DNA of 64,000 bases from Chlorobiota bacterium (GTDB taxonomy: Bacteria > Bacteroidota > Ignavibacteria > Kapaibacteriales > NICIL-2). A program made the translations under genes and the position numbers. Position 1 is the first letter of the stretch; each line of letters opens with the position of its first letter. Below the pieces are notes generated by a model, which saw nothing but the letters and a program-made list of their open reading frames with translations, was not told the origin of the DNA and searched no databases. Shown here piece after piece: positions 17,260 through 27,451 of this stretch. The stretch is from positions 12,722 to 76,721 of the forward strand of contig JBGAKH010000014.1 of assembly GCA_044224515.1 (NCBI GenBank). Reading direction: 5' to 3'.

Positions 17260-18441
17260 ATGACAGAACAAACACGAATTCTTCATTCCATTCCTGTCGA
17301 CGAACTCACCGGTGCTATCGCCGTACCGATTTACCAGACGTCTACCTTCGTGCAGGAGGCACCCGGCGTGCACAAAGGCTTCGACTATGCACGCACAAAC
17401 AACCCTACGCGAAAGGTCCTCGAAGACCTCATTGCCACCCTTGAACATGGCGCTCAGGGAGTAGCCTTTAGCTCCGGATTGGCTGCGATAGACGCGGTCG
17501 TTAAACTCCTGCAAAGCGGTGACGAGATCGTTGCGGTCGATGATATCTACGGAGGTGCGTATCGTCTCTTTTCTTCTGTGTACGCAAAATTTGGTATCAC
17601 CGTACGCTATGTTGATGCAACGGACGTTCGCAACATTCAAGATGCTCTCAGTGCTCGAACAAAACTTATCTGGATCGAATCACCGACGAATCCGACGCTG
17701 AAGATTTCCGATATCGAAGCTATTGCCGAGATCGCAACCTCCCATGGGTGCTTGCTGTGTGTCGACAACACCTTCGCGTCACCCTTCGCTCAAAATCCAA
17801 TCGCGCTGGGAGCAGACCTTGTGATACACTCGGCAACGAAGTACTTGTCGGGTCACAGCGATTTGATAGCTGGTTTGGTTGTCGCAAAATCGCGGGAGCT
17901 CGGTGAACGTATCAAGTATATCCAAAACGCTTCCGGAGCCGTTCTCGGTGCTTTCGATTGTTTCTTGTGCATTCGTGGCATAGAGACCCTTGCGGTGCGC
18001 ATGGAGCAGCACGCACGCTCGGCTCAGGCTGTTGCTGACTTCTTGGTCTCGCATCCGCAAGTTCGAACAGTGTACTATCCGGGATTGTCGACACATCAAA
18101 ACCACCTTGTCGCCTCTCGACAACAGCGATCCTATGGCGGCGTCGTATCCTTCGATCTCCATGACGACCAAAGCGACCTCGCCCGTCGTGTTGTGTGTTC
18201 TACCCGACTATTCAAGCTTGCGGAGAGTCTGGGTGGTGTGAAGAGTTTGATTTGCTTGCCCTGCGAAATGACACACAAATCAATACCGGCGCATACACGC
18301 AGAGCAAATGGACTGAGCGATTCTCTCATTCGTTTATCGGTTGGATTGGAATCCGCGGAGGATCTCATTGATGATCTAGAGCAGGCTCTGGACAGTGCTT
18401 TGAGTCTACGCTCGACAAGAGAGGAGATCGCATATGCCTAA
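17260..18441 (+). CDS. metB: Cystathionine gamma-synthase/lyase (PLP trans-sulfuration enzyme)
   Basis: PIYQTSTF, YARTNNPTR, ESPTNP, VDNTFASP, HSATKYLSGHSD (PLP lysine), AESLGGV and LIRLSVGLE. Confidence 0.92.
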   Translation: MTEQTRILHSIPVDELTGAIAVPIYQTSTFVQEAPGVHKGFDYARTNNPTRKVLEDLIATLEHGAQGVAFSSGLAAIDAVVKLLQSGDEIVAVDDIYGGAYRLFSSVYAKFGITVRYVDATDVRNIQDALSARTKLIWIESPTNPTLKISDIEAIAEIATSHGCLLCVDNTFASPFAQNPIALGADLVIHSATKYLSGHSDLIAGLVVAKSRELGERIKYIQNASGAVLGAFDCFLCIRGIETLAVRMEQHARSAQAVADFLVSHPQVRTVYYPGLSTHQNHLVASRQQRSYGGVVSFDLHDDQSDLARRVVCSTRLFKLAESLGGVKSLICLPCEMTHKSIPAHTRRANGLSDSLIRLSVGLESAEDLIDDLEQALDSALSLRSTREEIAYA

Positions 18442-19825
18442 GTCTCCTCTTCGTGTAGGCCTGTTTGGATTTGGTTGCGTGGGTTACGGACTCTATGAAG
18501 TTTTGCAGCGAACACCGAATCTGCAGGCTGAAATAGTCCGCATCTGCGTAAAGAATCCCGATAAAGATCGAGTGCTTGATAAGCAGTGCTTTAGTTACGA
18601 CAAAGACACGATTCTGAATGATCCGGAGATCAATGTCGTTGTGGAGTTAATCGACGATGCCGATGCGGCGTTCGATATCGTGTCTCGCGCATTGCAAAAA
18701 GGCAAAGCTGTTGTATCTGCGAACAAAAAAATGATTGCCGAGCATTTTGATGAGCTCTTGACATTGCAGAGAAAATACAATGTCCCATTACTCTATGAAG
18801 CCGCTGCCTGCGCCAGCATACCCATTATTCGCAATCTGGAAGAGTACTTTGACAACGATCTCTTGGTATCCATCAGCGGTATCGTCAATGGTAGTACGAA
18901 TGTCATCCTTTCACGTCTCCATAGCAATGGCCTGAGTTATGAGGAGTCTCTGCGCTATGCGCAGGCGGAGGGTTATACGGAATCTAACCCCATTCTGGAC
19001 ATCGGTGGGTTCGATGCCGGGTACAAACTTGTACTACTTCTAGCCCATGCCTTTGGAATCGTGTTAAAGCCGGAAGAAATCTTCACGGTCGGTATACAAC
19101 AGCTCCGAGCGATCGACTCTGTCTATGCTCGTGAGAAAGGCTTTAAGATCAAACTCAGCGCACATGCCTACCGTGACGGGCAAGGCGCACTCTGTGCATT
19201 CGTGATGCCACAATTTGTAAGCTCGGACAATAAATTCTACGGCATCGACAATGTCTACAACGCGGTGCTTACAAAAACAACATTTGCTGACACACAGTTC
19301 TTCGTAGGCAAGGGGGCCGGAGCACATCCCACTGCCTCAGCGGTGCTAAGTGACTTGTCTGCATTGCGCTACGATTATCGCTATGAGTATAAAAAACTGA
19401 ATGCCAGTGAACGCATGGCCTCAGCAGAACAGATACGACTTCGTGTCTATTGTAGCGCTGCCGACAATGAGCTCAGCGCTTGCTTTGACTACTTTGAACG
19501 TATTGAGGAGCATTATCGAAGACAAGACGACAGCTTCGTGAGTGGTGTCATCACGCTCAAAAGCTGTAACGAGCTGCTCCATCGGTGTCGCCGGCTTTCG
19601 CTGATCCTCTTGAGTATACCGGAACGGGATGATGTGATAGCGACCAGTCAAGCAGAGCCTCTTCAGAAGTATAATGACAGGTCTGCGTCTGTGGTAGGGG
19701 AGATACCACACGTTCTTCAGTTTTCAGGTGCACCAATTTCAGCCCACAGAGCACAGGAATTTGTTGAGTCAAACTCGAGAAAGGAGATTGAGCCGGAAGT
19801 TTTCAGTTTAGCACGGTCTGAGTAA
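18434..19825 (+). CDS. hom: Homoserine dehydrogenase
   Basis: GLFGFGCVG, VVSANK, YEAA..ASIPII, GIVNGSTN and GKGAG..PTASAVLSD. Confidence 0.93.
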   Translation: MPKSPLRVGLFGFGCVGYGLYEVLQRTPNLQAEIVRICVKNPDKDRVLDKQCFSYDKDTILNDPEINVVVELIDDADAAFDIVSRALQKGKAVVSANKKMIAEHFDELLTLQRKYNVPLLYEAAACASIPIIRNLEEYFDNDLLVSISGIVNGSTNVILSRLHSNGLSYEESLRYAQAEGYTESNPILDIGGFDAGYKLVLLLAHAFGIVLKPEEIFTVGIQQLRAIDSVYAREKGFKIKLSAHAYRDGQGALCAFVMPQFVSSDNKFYGIDNVYNAVLTKTTFADTQFFVGKGAGAHPTASAVLSDLSALRYDYRYEYKKLNASERMASAEQIRLRVYCSAADNELSACFDYFERIEEHYRRQDDSFVSGVITLKSCNELLHRCRRLSLILLSIPERDDVIATSQAEPLQKYNDRSASVVGEIPHVLQFSGAPISAHRAQEFVESNSRKEIEPEVFSLARSE

Positions 19826-19856
19826 ATTTGAACAGTTCAACTCTCATTCTATTCGT

Positions 19857-20570
19857 ATGTCTCGTTGGTCTTTTTTTCGAATGTACCGTCGTAGTATCGT
19901 ATCGTCCTTAGTGGCTTTGTTTTTCATTGCTCTGGGCAGTATATCACAACTGCTAGCTTTGGACGAAGGAGAAGTCGCTCCGGTCTATCCGGCTCCGGAC
20001 GCAAAAGTTGCCTTTAGTGATGAAGCCTCATACTCAAGTGGTGAGCTTAGCGACAATGCCAACTATCCTCACCTTGCCGAGGTGCATGGTATTGCAGGTA
20101 CAGTAAAACTCCGTGTGTGCATCGACAGTACCGGTGCCATGGTCCGCTATCTCATAGAGCAGGGTGTGCATCCTTCGCTCGACAGCGCCGCAGTATTTGC
20201 GGTGAAAACAACCAAATTCGAGGCAGGTTTGCTGAACAAAAAACCCATTTGCATGTGGATTGACGTGCCTGTAAAGTTTTCCGGACCGGATCATCCCTCG
20301 AAAATCAATGCGGCCTATGATGAGCGTGATTTGCTTGAGAGACTTGGTCGCAAGGTTGAGAGCGAGTCAAAGTGTGTTATGTCGTTCAGATGTACCATCA
20401 ACAAAAACGGATTTTTGAAGAAAGTCGAGCTCACACGCAACACCTGTGTGCCCACGAACTACCCTGAACTTGTTGAACAAGCAATAAGGGCCACAGCCTT
20501 CTTTCCGGCGTATCGGGACGGAGATCCGGTCGAATCGGAAGTTGATGTAACGATCCGGTTTCCGATTTAG
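19857..20570 (+). CDS. tonB: TonB-family protein with two TonB C-terminal domains
   Basis: YP.LA...GI.GTV.LRV.ID.TG...LD.AAV.AVK..KF..G....PI..W..VPV.F and a second degenerate copy ending F.PA..DG.PV.....V.I.F. Confidence 0.8.
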   Translation: MSRWSFFRMYRRSIVSSLVALFFIALGSISQLLALDEGEVAPVYPAPDAKVAFSDEASYSSGELSDNANYPHLAEVHGIAGTVKLRVCIDSTGAMVRYLIEQGVHPSLDSAAVFAVKTTKFEAGLLNKKPICMWIDVPVKFSGPDHPSKINAAYDERDLLERLGRKVESESKCVMSFRCTINKNGFLKKVELTRNTCVPTNYPELVEQAIRATAFFPAYRDGDPVESEVDVTIRFPI

Positions 20571-20648
20571 AACGCTATAATAGCAGCATGTGCACTCATG
20601 AGGTTCTCTGCCTTGAGTCACTGCTTAGACCTGAACGAATGCACAGCC

Positions 20649-20684
20649 GAGCCGTGGTCTGCCCGACCACGGCTCAATCTTTTT
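20649..20684 (+). terminator. Probable terminator hairpin after tonB
   Basis: 11-bp perfect stem GAGCCGTGGTC/GACCACGGCTC followed by AATCTTTTT. Confidence 0.6.
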
Positions 20685-20775
20685 GCGGCGGGTAGTTTTT
20701 AGGACCTCTGCCTTCGTAATTTGCAGGCGGTATGCAGCACCACGACGGCCTTCGTTCCTCTCACAGTACAAAACC

Positions 20776-21816
20776 GTGCAGAAACCTTTAGAGTCGCCTC
20801 AATCTATTCTTGTGATCCGACTAAGCTCTTTGGGGGATGTGCTCTTAACGACACCGCTCCTCAGAATGCTTCGTGCGCGTTTTCCCGATGCGAGAATTGA
20901 TGTGGCCTGCGCACAAGAGTATGCTGATGTCTTTGCCTTTAATCCATGGGTCAACCATGTTGTGCGCATCGACAAAACGAGGACGGCATTTGCCCCCTTG
21001 TGGAATACGATCGATCAGCTGGCTTCTCATTATGACGTGGTTATCGACACACAGCGAAACCTAAGGTCAACGCTATTGAGTTTGGGACGCGGAACGCGGA
21101 CCATGAAGATAGAGAAGTATCGACGTGAAAAACTGAAGATGGTACGCACGCATCGTCGTATCGCATTGCCACATGTAGCGGAACGCTATGTGCAGTGCGC
21201 GGAAGCACTAGGGATAGTGGACGACGGTTTGGGCTTGGAACTGTGGCTGCCTGCGGATGATCAAGGTGTCGATTATATGTCGCAGCTTGTTACGGCACGG
21301 TCAAAGCAAGACGGTCGACAGATTGCCATGGCCCCCGGTGCACAGCATCAAACCAAACGCTGGCCGGCCTTAAAGTTTGCAGAGCTTGCTCGAACGCTGA
21401 TGCAGTCGTTTGATGTCCGCATCGTCCTCATAGGCTCCACTGCCGAACGGGATTTATGCGGCAGTATCGTTGAGCAGTGTGGAGGTGCTATCAGAAGTGT
21501 TTGCGGAGCATCACTTGCTGAGAGTGCCGGGGTACTGGACCAATCGGTAGCATTAGTGAGCAACGATAGCGGAGCGATGCACGTAGCTGCAGCACGACAC
21601 ACACCGCTCGTGGCAATCTTCGGTTCGACCGTGCCTGAGCTTGGATTCGCGCCTTTTCGAAGCATGGCGAGCATCGTACAGCAGGAAATGGAGTGCAGAC
21701 CTTGTACCCATATCGGGCGCGCGAGTTGTCCGCTTGGGCACATGAATTGTCTGAATTCCATTCGTGTTGCAGACGTGCAAAGCGCGCTCAGTGATGTCAT
21801 GCGGCTTGCGCACTAG
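20776..21816 (+). CDS. Glycosyltransferase family 9 (LPS heptosyltransferase-like)
   Basis: ILVIRLSSLGDVLLTTP, APGA...TKRWP, NDSG.MH.AAA, FGST and CRPC...G...CP.GH..C. Confidence 0.92.
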   Translation: MQKPLESPQSILVIRLSSLGDVLLTTPLLRMLRARFPDARIDVACAQEYADVFAFNPWVNHVVRIDKTRTAFAPLWNTIDQLASHYDVVIDTQRNLRSTLLSLGRGTRTMKIEKYRREKLKMVRTHRRIALPHVAERYVQCAEALGIVDDGLGLELWLPADDQGVDYMSQLVTARSKQDGRQIAMAPGAQHQTKRWPALKFAELARTLMQSFDVRIVLIGSTAERDLCGSIVEQCGGAIRSVCGASLAESAGVLDQSVALVSNDSGAMHVAAARHTPLVAIFGSTVPELGFAPFRSMASIVQQEMECRPCTHIGRASCPLGHMNCLNSIRVADVQSALSDVMRLAH

Positions 21817-22270
21817 GCTTGCCGAGCTCCTAGCATATTTTTGGGCACATGAATTGTATCCCTGATCTCTGTGTTGCTACACAGAAGTCATCAAATCATG
21901 GTTTGTCGTTGAATCCTCCTGGTTTCATTTAACGGAAGCTGGGTTCATATCCCGGAAAAAGAGAAGCGCAGGCTGCTCGTTGTGCACTTCGATCCTCGGA
22001 ACTTTCGTAGATATAGGCTAGTAGGCAATAAACATCGTAGAACGTTTAGAGGTTCCGAAGGAGCTTTCGCCTAAGCTCCGGACGACTGCAATCTGCACTC
22101 TCGAGTGTAGCTTGATCTTGAGAGCTGAGAGCAGAAGAATTCTGAAGAAACTGCTGATGCGAGAATTTCCAAGAGCGCACAAAACATCGTGTGGGTTGCC
22201 TTAAGGAAGCAGTAGTAAAACGGTACAGCAATAAAACAGCAACTGAAGAAAAACTGAATAGATTTTAGGT

Positions 22271-23278
22271 ATGGAGAAACTCGGACTAGCGCTTATTGGC
22301 GCAGGAAACATCGCTCAAAGCATTCACTTGCCAATTTTGACCAAGTTGCCTAATGCGAACTTGGTAGCGATATGTGACAAGAACTATTCGAAGGCGAAGG
22401 CACTAGCCGAACGCTATAGCATTCCTTATGTCTGCCGTTCGGTTGAAGAGCTCATGAAGATCGACATTGTGCAAGCTGCGGACATTTGCACGAGCACCGA
22501 CGCGCACTTGGATACAACTCTAGCCTGTATCGAGCGTAAGATCGATGTCTTGGTAGAGAAGCCCTTGGCCCGCACTTTTAGAGAAGCAGAGCAGATGACC
22601 GCGGCGGCTACCAAGCATGGCGTAAAAATGATGGTCGGCATGAACCATCGTTTTCGTCCGGATACAGTGACCCTCAAGAATTACATTGACCAAGGTCAGC
22701 TCGGTGGAATCTACTATGTGAAGTGTGGCTGGTTAAAGCAACGCTCGAGTGACTCAAAGTGGATGGCGCAAGCGGAGAAGTCGGGCGGTGGTGTGATGCT
22801 GGATTTGGGTATCGTCATGATTGACTTACTCATGCACGTCTTTAATTACAAGAAAGTTCGCTCCGTACAAGCCTCGATGTTCTATCACCAAACGCGCTCG
22901 GTAGAAGACGTTGTGATTGCGACTCTGAACTTTGCCGACGATAGCATTGCGACCATTGAAACGAGCTGGTCTTTGATGCGTCCGGATGACTTGTATTACT
23001 TGAATGTGTATGGCAAGAAAGGCTCCGCGTACATAAATCCCTTTAAAATCATTAAACAAGAAGGCGACGGATTTAGCACCTTTACCAACGAGAACAGCAC
23101 GCGATCAAAGATTTCGCAGTACTCCAAATCATACGAGCTAGAGATCAAGCATTTTGTCAATGCTGCTCAAGATCTGATTCCGGTTGTCTCAACCGGTTGG
23201 GAAGCTGTGGAGCGCATGAAACTGGTAGAAGCTATGTACCTTTCCGCCAAAGAACGCTGCGAAGTCCACATCGAGTAA
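22271..23278 (+). CDS. Gfo/Idh/MocA-family oxidoreductase
   Basis: IGAGNIA, VLVEKP, G.NHRF.P and GGGVMLDLG. Confidence 0.9.
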   Translation: MEKLGLALIGAGNIAQSIHLPILTKLPNANLVAICDKNYSKAKALAERYSIPYVCRSVEELMKIDIVQAADICTSTDAHLDTTLACIERKIDVLVEKPLARTFREAEQMTAAATKHGVKMMVGMNHRFRPDTVTLKNYIDQGQLGGIYYVKCGWLKQRSSDSKWMAQAEKSGGGVMLDLGIVMIDLLMHVFNYKKVRSVQASMFYHQTRSVEDVVIATLNFADDSIATIETSWSLMRPDDLYYLNVYGKKGSAYINPFKIIKQEGDGFSTFTNENSTRSKISQYSKSYELEIKHFVNAAQDLIPVVSTGWEAVERMKLVEAMYLSAKERCEVHIE

Positions 23279-23501
23279 GCTATTCATAGCTGCAAGCGAG
23301 GGTAAAGCTTCATACTGTGCGCGAAACAATGATTGCTACGTATGAGTTGAGAAGCTTGTGAGTGGTATCGTGGAGATAAAGAGCGGTTTGCAGACGAAAG
23401 CAACGGAGGTGCTTGAGGTTCGCGAAAACCGAACTGAGAAGAGACGGCGCAGTATTAGGCTTTGCGTGCACGAAGCGCTTGGCTGCACACCACGGAATAG
23501 C

Positions 23502-24065
23502 TTAGATAATGAAGTTGATCCACGCTGTCGCGGGTATGGACGTTCTGTTTGTCTTCTTGCTCTTGGTGCAGGCACTGAGTTCTATCTCCACAGACCCCAA
23601 GTTTCCCACTGCACCGGATTCGTAAGCCTTTTCGAATTCCAAAGCGACAACTACGGTCCACGTTTTTCCATTTCGTTGAACTGACAACACACCGGGTGTA
23701 CAGCCCTTGAGATCTGTATTTTTTATACGTGCTTGGACATTGGTAATGACAAACTCAGAGCTGTCACGATCGTCCTCGTGCAGACGCACAGTCATGCGTA
23801 CCGAATCAAGATTTAGCTGAATGTGACGTCGGTCCGAGAGCTCCATGTTGGGTGCGGATACCCGTACGCCTTTGGTGTCGATAACCGGTGGCAAGGGTGG
23901 AGCGACTTCTGGCTTGGATTGCGTGACGACCTTAGAGGTCTTGTTCGTGTCGGGTTCAGGTGCAATCTTTCCGGCATGCAGACGTACTCCTTGAAAGCAG
24001 AGTAGAGCATACACACAGAGAATGGTGAAAAAGCTAAGGGACGGATGGAATGAACGTGTGAGCAT
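23502..24065 (-). CDS. Secreted hypothetical protein
   Basis: Signal-peptide-like N-terminus ending RLHA, Pro-rich linker and a beta-rich domain with a Cys pair. Confidence 0.6.
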   Translation of the reverse strand: MLTRSFHPSLSFFTILCVYALLCFQGVRLHAGKIAPEPDTNKTSKVVTQSKPEVAPPLPPVIDTKGVRVSAPNMELSDRRHIQLNLDSVRMTVRLHEDDRDSSEFVITNVQARIKNTDLKGCTPGVLSVQRNGKTWTVVVALEFEKAYESGAVGNLGSVEIELSACTKSKKTNRTSIPATAWINFII

Positions 24066-24118
24066 GTGGACACCTAGCAGATAACAAACCGAAGCGGTAT
24101 GTGAAGAGAAGAGCAGGT

Positions 24119-24162
24119 CAAGGATAACTCGACGATATCACGAAGACATCTCGACGATATCA
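24119..24162. repeat. Four imperfect 11-bp units
   Basis: CAAGGATAACT CGACGATATCA CGAAGACATCT CGACGATATCA, read directly. Confidence 0.7.
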
Positions 24163-24360
24163 GCACAACACCTGCAAGAGTACCGCTAAAACATACGTTG
24201 ATACTCGTGCAAAGGATGTTGAGTTCCCTAAAGTATCGTCCAAAGAAGCAATCAATAAAGCTACTTCGACAAATACCGAGCTTGACAGTCCATTCTTAAA
24301 AAAGGTATCCTACCAATTTGACGAGACAAAATTAGAAGAGTCCTGCAATTATGCAAGGAA

Positions 24361-25107
24361 CTAATTCTGCAGCGAATGCAAGTGATTGTAATCTTTGAGC
24401 AGATGATCCAAGAAGGCATAGGCTTCCATATCAGTACTAATACCTAAACGATACGCGATGCGTCTCTGTGTTTCGAGGGCGATGGCATCGAAATGCGCTC
24501 GAGAAGATTGATTGTCATTGACCGATGCCAAAATCTCACGGATTATACCTGCTTCGGAATCGCTAAGCACTGCAGCTTCGGAAAACCGGGGAGTGTATGC
24601 GTTGTCAATTTCTTCAAAGATGGTGCTGCTGAAATCTTCTTTGCGCAGTTTGACAACTGTGGTGCCTGCCGCCATGTCGCCTAAGCGCTGGCCTTTTGCT
24701 GAAAAGAGATAAAACCACAAAGCCAACGATCCCAGAGAGCTGTCCAACTCGATCATGCGGAAGACCCAGCGTAATAGGAAGGCGACGACGGTGGGACGTG
24801 ATCCGTCGAGCATGACGACCTTAATGCTCAGGATGCGCTTGCCGATGGTTTGGCCGTCATTGGTGATCTCCATAACCAGGTCATAGAGCAAGAGCGGCAG
24901 GACAACCAAACAGATGATAGCCCAGTTTGGAACCTCTACCGGAGTCGAAAGACTTTGAAGGAATTCGTAGACCAGATAGCAGAGAACGCCATAGAGGACT
25001 TTAATCCCGATGTAGTCAATAAGAAAGGCGAGTGCGCGGTCTCCAAGACTCGCTAGCTCATACTGAATACCCACATTTTGAGCCGTGGTAATTCTGATAT
25101 TCTCCAT
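24361..25107 (-). CDS. RDD-family membrane protein
   Basis: I.T.QNV.I.YELASLGDR.LA.LID, GQTIGK....IKVV..DG and QRLGD.AAGT.V. Confidence 0.92.
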   Translation of the reverse strand: MENIRITTAQNVGIQYELASLGDRALAFLIDYIGIKVLYGVLCYLVYEFLQSLSTPVEVPNWAIICLVVLPLLLYDLVMEITNDGQTIGKRILSIKVVMLDGSRPTVVAFLLRWVFRMIELDSSLGSLALWFYLFSAKGQRLGDMAAGTTVVKLRKEDFSSTIFEEIDNAYTPRFSEAAVLSDSEAGIIREILASVNDNQSSRAHFDAIALETQRRIAYRLGISTDMEAYAFLDHLLKDYNHLHSLQN

Positions 25108-25208
25108 CTACGGACCTTTCTTAAATTGGCTTGGTCTGCGTTGGCCGATGCTTTTACGCAGGCCTCCATTCGGTAATTTACTAACTCCCTTCCACCTATC
25201 GCCGGTCT

Positions 25209-26231
25209 ATGCGCGAAGTACGATTTCTACGACAGCATTCTGCAAAGTGGAAGGAGTTTGAATCCTTACTGCACGACGATTCATCGGTTGACCCAAATCG
25301 TCTTTGTGATTTATTTGTAGAGATCACCGACGATTTATCGTACGCGCAGACCTATTATCCGGGAACTAAGACTACGACCTATCTGAACGCCCTCAGTGCA
25401 CGTGTTCATCAGCGTCTCTATCGCAACAAACGTGAAAGAGTCTCTCGCTTCATTAGTTTTTGGATCGATGAGTTTCCCGAAGCACTGTATGCCACGCGTA
25501 GACTAGCGTTTGTTTCGTTTGTCATTGTTCTCGTCGCTGCCGCTCTTGGCGTTTTGAGTATGTACTTTGATCAGCGATTCGCTCGACTGATTTTAGGCGA
25601 TGGCTACGTAAATATGACCCAAGAGAACATTCTCAACGGCGATCCTATGGGTGTTTACAAGCGCAACGACGGATTGGAAATGTTCTTCCAAATCGCCCTA
25701 AACAACCAGATGGTGGCTTTGCGCATCTTTGTGTCGGGCTTACTTGGGGGACTGGGCACGGTGTACATGCTCTTTCAGAACGGAGTCATGCTGGGTGTTT
25801 TTCAGACAATGTTTGTGCAGCGAGGTGCCCTTGTTCCCTCGCTCCAAGGGATTTGGCTTCACGGTACTTTGGAGATTTCAGGGATGATCTTTGAAGGTGC
25901 AGCAGGCTTGGCACTGGGAACTAGCATACTTTTTCCAAAGAACTTCTCTCGACTCGATGCTTTTCGACGAGGGGCGAGTCTAGGTATGAAAATTATGGTG
26001 GGACTCTTTCCTCAAGTAATCGTTGCGGCGCTTTTGGAGTCTTTCGTTACACGTTTTTGTTCTGACCTTCCAATCCTAAGCTGGTGTATTATCATCGTAT
26101 CGCTGAGCTTCGTTGTGTGGTACTATATCGTGTATCCGCACAAACGTTTTGCTCCGACTAAGAGCGTCAGTCGGTTGAGCTCCGCAAACACAGACTCTAT
26201 CTCATCACTGACAATGGATAACGTGCTATGA
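25209..26231 (+). CDS. Stage II sporulation protein M (SpoIIM) family membrane protein
   Basis: MRE..F......W..FE, DDLSYAQTYYP, YV.MT.ENI..GDPM.VY, NG.MLG, HGTLEI and AA.LE.F.T. Confidence 0.92.
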   Translation: MREVRFLRQHSAKWKEFESLLHDDSSVDPNRLCDLFVEITDDLSYAQTYYPGTKTTTYLNALSARVHQRLYRNKRERVSRFISFWIDEFPEALYATRRLAFVSFVIVLVAAALGVLSMYFDQRFARLILGDGYVNMTQENILNGDPMGVYKRNDGLEMFFQIALNNQMVALRIFVSGLLGGLGTVYMLFQNGVMLGVFQTMFVQRGALVPSLQGIWLHGTLEISGMIFEGAAGLALGTSILFPKNFSRLDAFRRGASLGMKIMVGLFPQVIVAALLESFVTRFCSDLPILSWCIIIVSLSFVVWYYIVYPHKRFAPTKSVSRLSSANTDSISSLTMDNVL

Positions 26232-27451
26232 GTGATGCAATACGCATGCGCCAACGTCGCAGCTTTGGCGAACTTCTCAACGTCAGCTTCCACTTTGCGC
26301 GCACACACTTTCGCATTCTGGTGTCCGTGTTGCTTCGCTATGTACTCCCGATTCTAATAGTCGTAGTAGGTCTGGTTGTCATGACCTTTTATGTGTTGTG
26401 GCAAGACGTTTTTAGTTCCGGAGACGATTTTGCGGCGATAGGGCTTGGATTTCTGGTATTCTTCTTGGCCCTAGTGCTTCTTGCAGGAGGCTTTGCCTTG
26501 GCCTTCAGTATCTATCTAGCCGTGATACGTCTTGCTTTGCAAAAAGGCAATGACTTCAGTGTGGAGGAGATTAAGAACCTGGCTCGTGAGAATTTTTGGC
26601 GTGTTGTGGGAATGGCGGTCATTCAATCCATCCTAACCGCGGTGATTAATTATTCGCTGCAGATACCCATGTATCTGTTGTTTGGTTTGGGTGTGCTTGG
26701 ATCCGATATGCTGGTCGTCGTTCTGTTCTTGCAATTCGTACTGTTTGCGGTAGTCTTTGGATTGCAGATTGTGGTTAGCTCATATATGTCGTTGTCTTAT
26801 CCGGTCATGCTCATCGAACGACGAGCAATCTTTGAATCGATCCAGCGGTCCTATCGTTTGGTCAAGGGTAACTTCAAGCAAACAATAGCCATTCAGTTTA
26901 CGATGTCCGTTATTGTGTACTGCATGTCGATGGCACCACTCGTACACCCGCTTTTCCTTGCCGGAATCGTTAGAGGATTACTCGATCCTGTAGAGTTAAG
27001 CTCATGGTTCTTCCAGCAACGCCTGGTCGTGCTCGGTGTTGGTATGATCTACGGACTCTTCGTCCTTATCTGCCTTTACTTCATTTGGTCGCTCAATATC
27101 ATTGTCATGTCCTTTCAGTACCTGAACATAGTTGAGCGTCGTGAGGGCGTAGGTCTTGCCTTGCGCATCAACTCGAGCCTCGAGCCCGTACCTGCTGATT
27201 TTCATCTTTCTTCGGTTGCCGGAAATGAGTCGCAAGACACTGCTCAGTATTCGCCAGCCAAAGAAGACGACGCAGTCAAGAACGAACAAGTTCAATCGGA
27301 AACAGAGTTGGATGATCTGAGGCAGGATTCACTTCAACCTGCCGATTCGTCGACAGCTGCAAGTGAAAGCGGATCGTCAATGACACAATCTCCCGGTTCC
27401 GAATCGTCGACGGACTCTTCCTCACCATCTGAGGACCTTTCTTCATTGTGA
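26228..27451 (+). CDS. Multi-pass membrane protein of the SpoIIM/MoxR cluster, with an acidic Ser-rich tail
   Basis: R.FGE.LN..F.F N-terminus, several TM helices, ES..RS..LVKG and Y..IVERREG; low-complexity C-terminus. Confidence 0.8.
   Translation: MSDAIRMRQRRSFGELLNVSFHFARTHFRILVSVLLRYVLPILIVVVGLVVMTFYVLWQDVFSSGDDFAAIGLGFLVFFLALVLLAGGFALAFSIYLAVIRLALQKGNDFSVEEIKNLARENFWRVVGMAVIQSILTAVINYSLQIPMYLLFGLGVLGSDMLVVVLFLQFVLFAVVFGLQIVVSSYMSLSYPVMLIERRAIFESIQRSYRLVKGNFKQTIAIQFTMSVIVYCMSMAPLVHPLFLAGIVRGLLDPVELSSWFFQQRLVVLGVGMIYGLFVLICLYFIWSLNIIVMSFQYLNIVERREGVGLALRINSSLEPVPADFHLSSVAGNESQDTAQYSPAKEDDAVKNEQVQSETELDDLRQDSLQPADSSTAASESGSSMTQSPGSESSTDSSSPSEDLSSL

Noticed and set aside
25209-26231. SpoIIM as evidence of sporulation
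   Set aside because: The family is widespread in non-sporulating bacteria, and the context is a diderm with LPS and T9SS genes.
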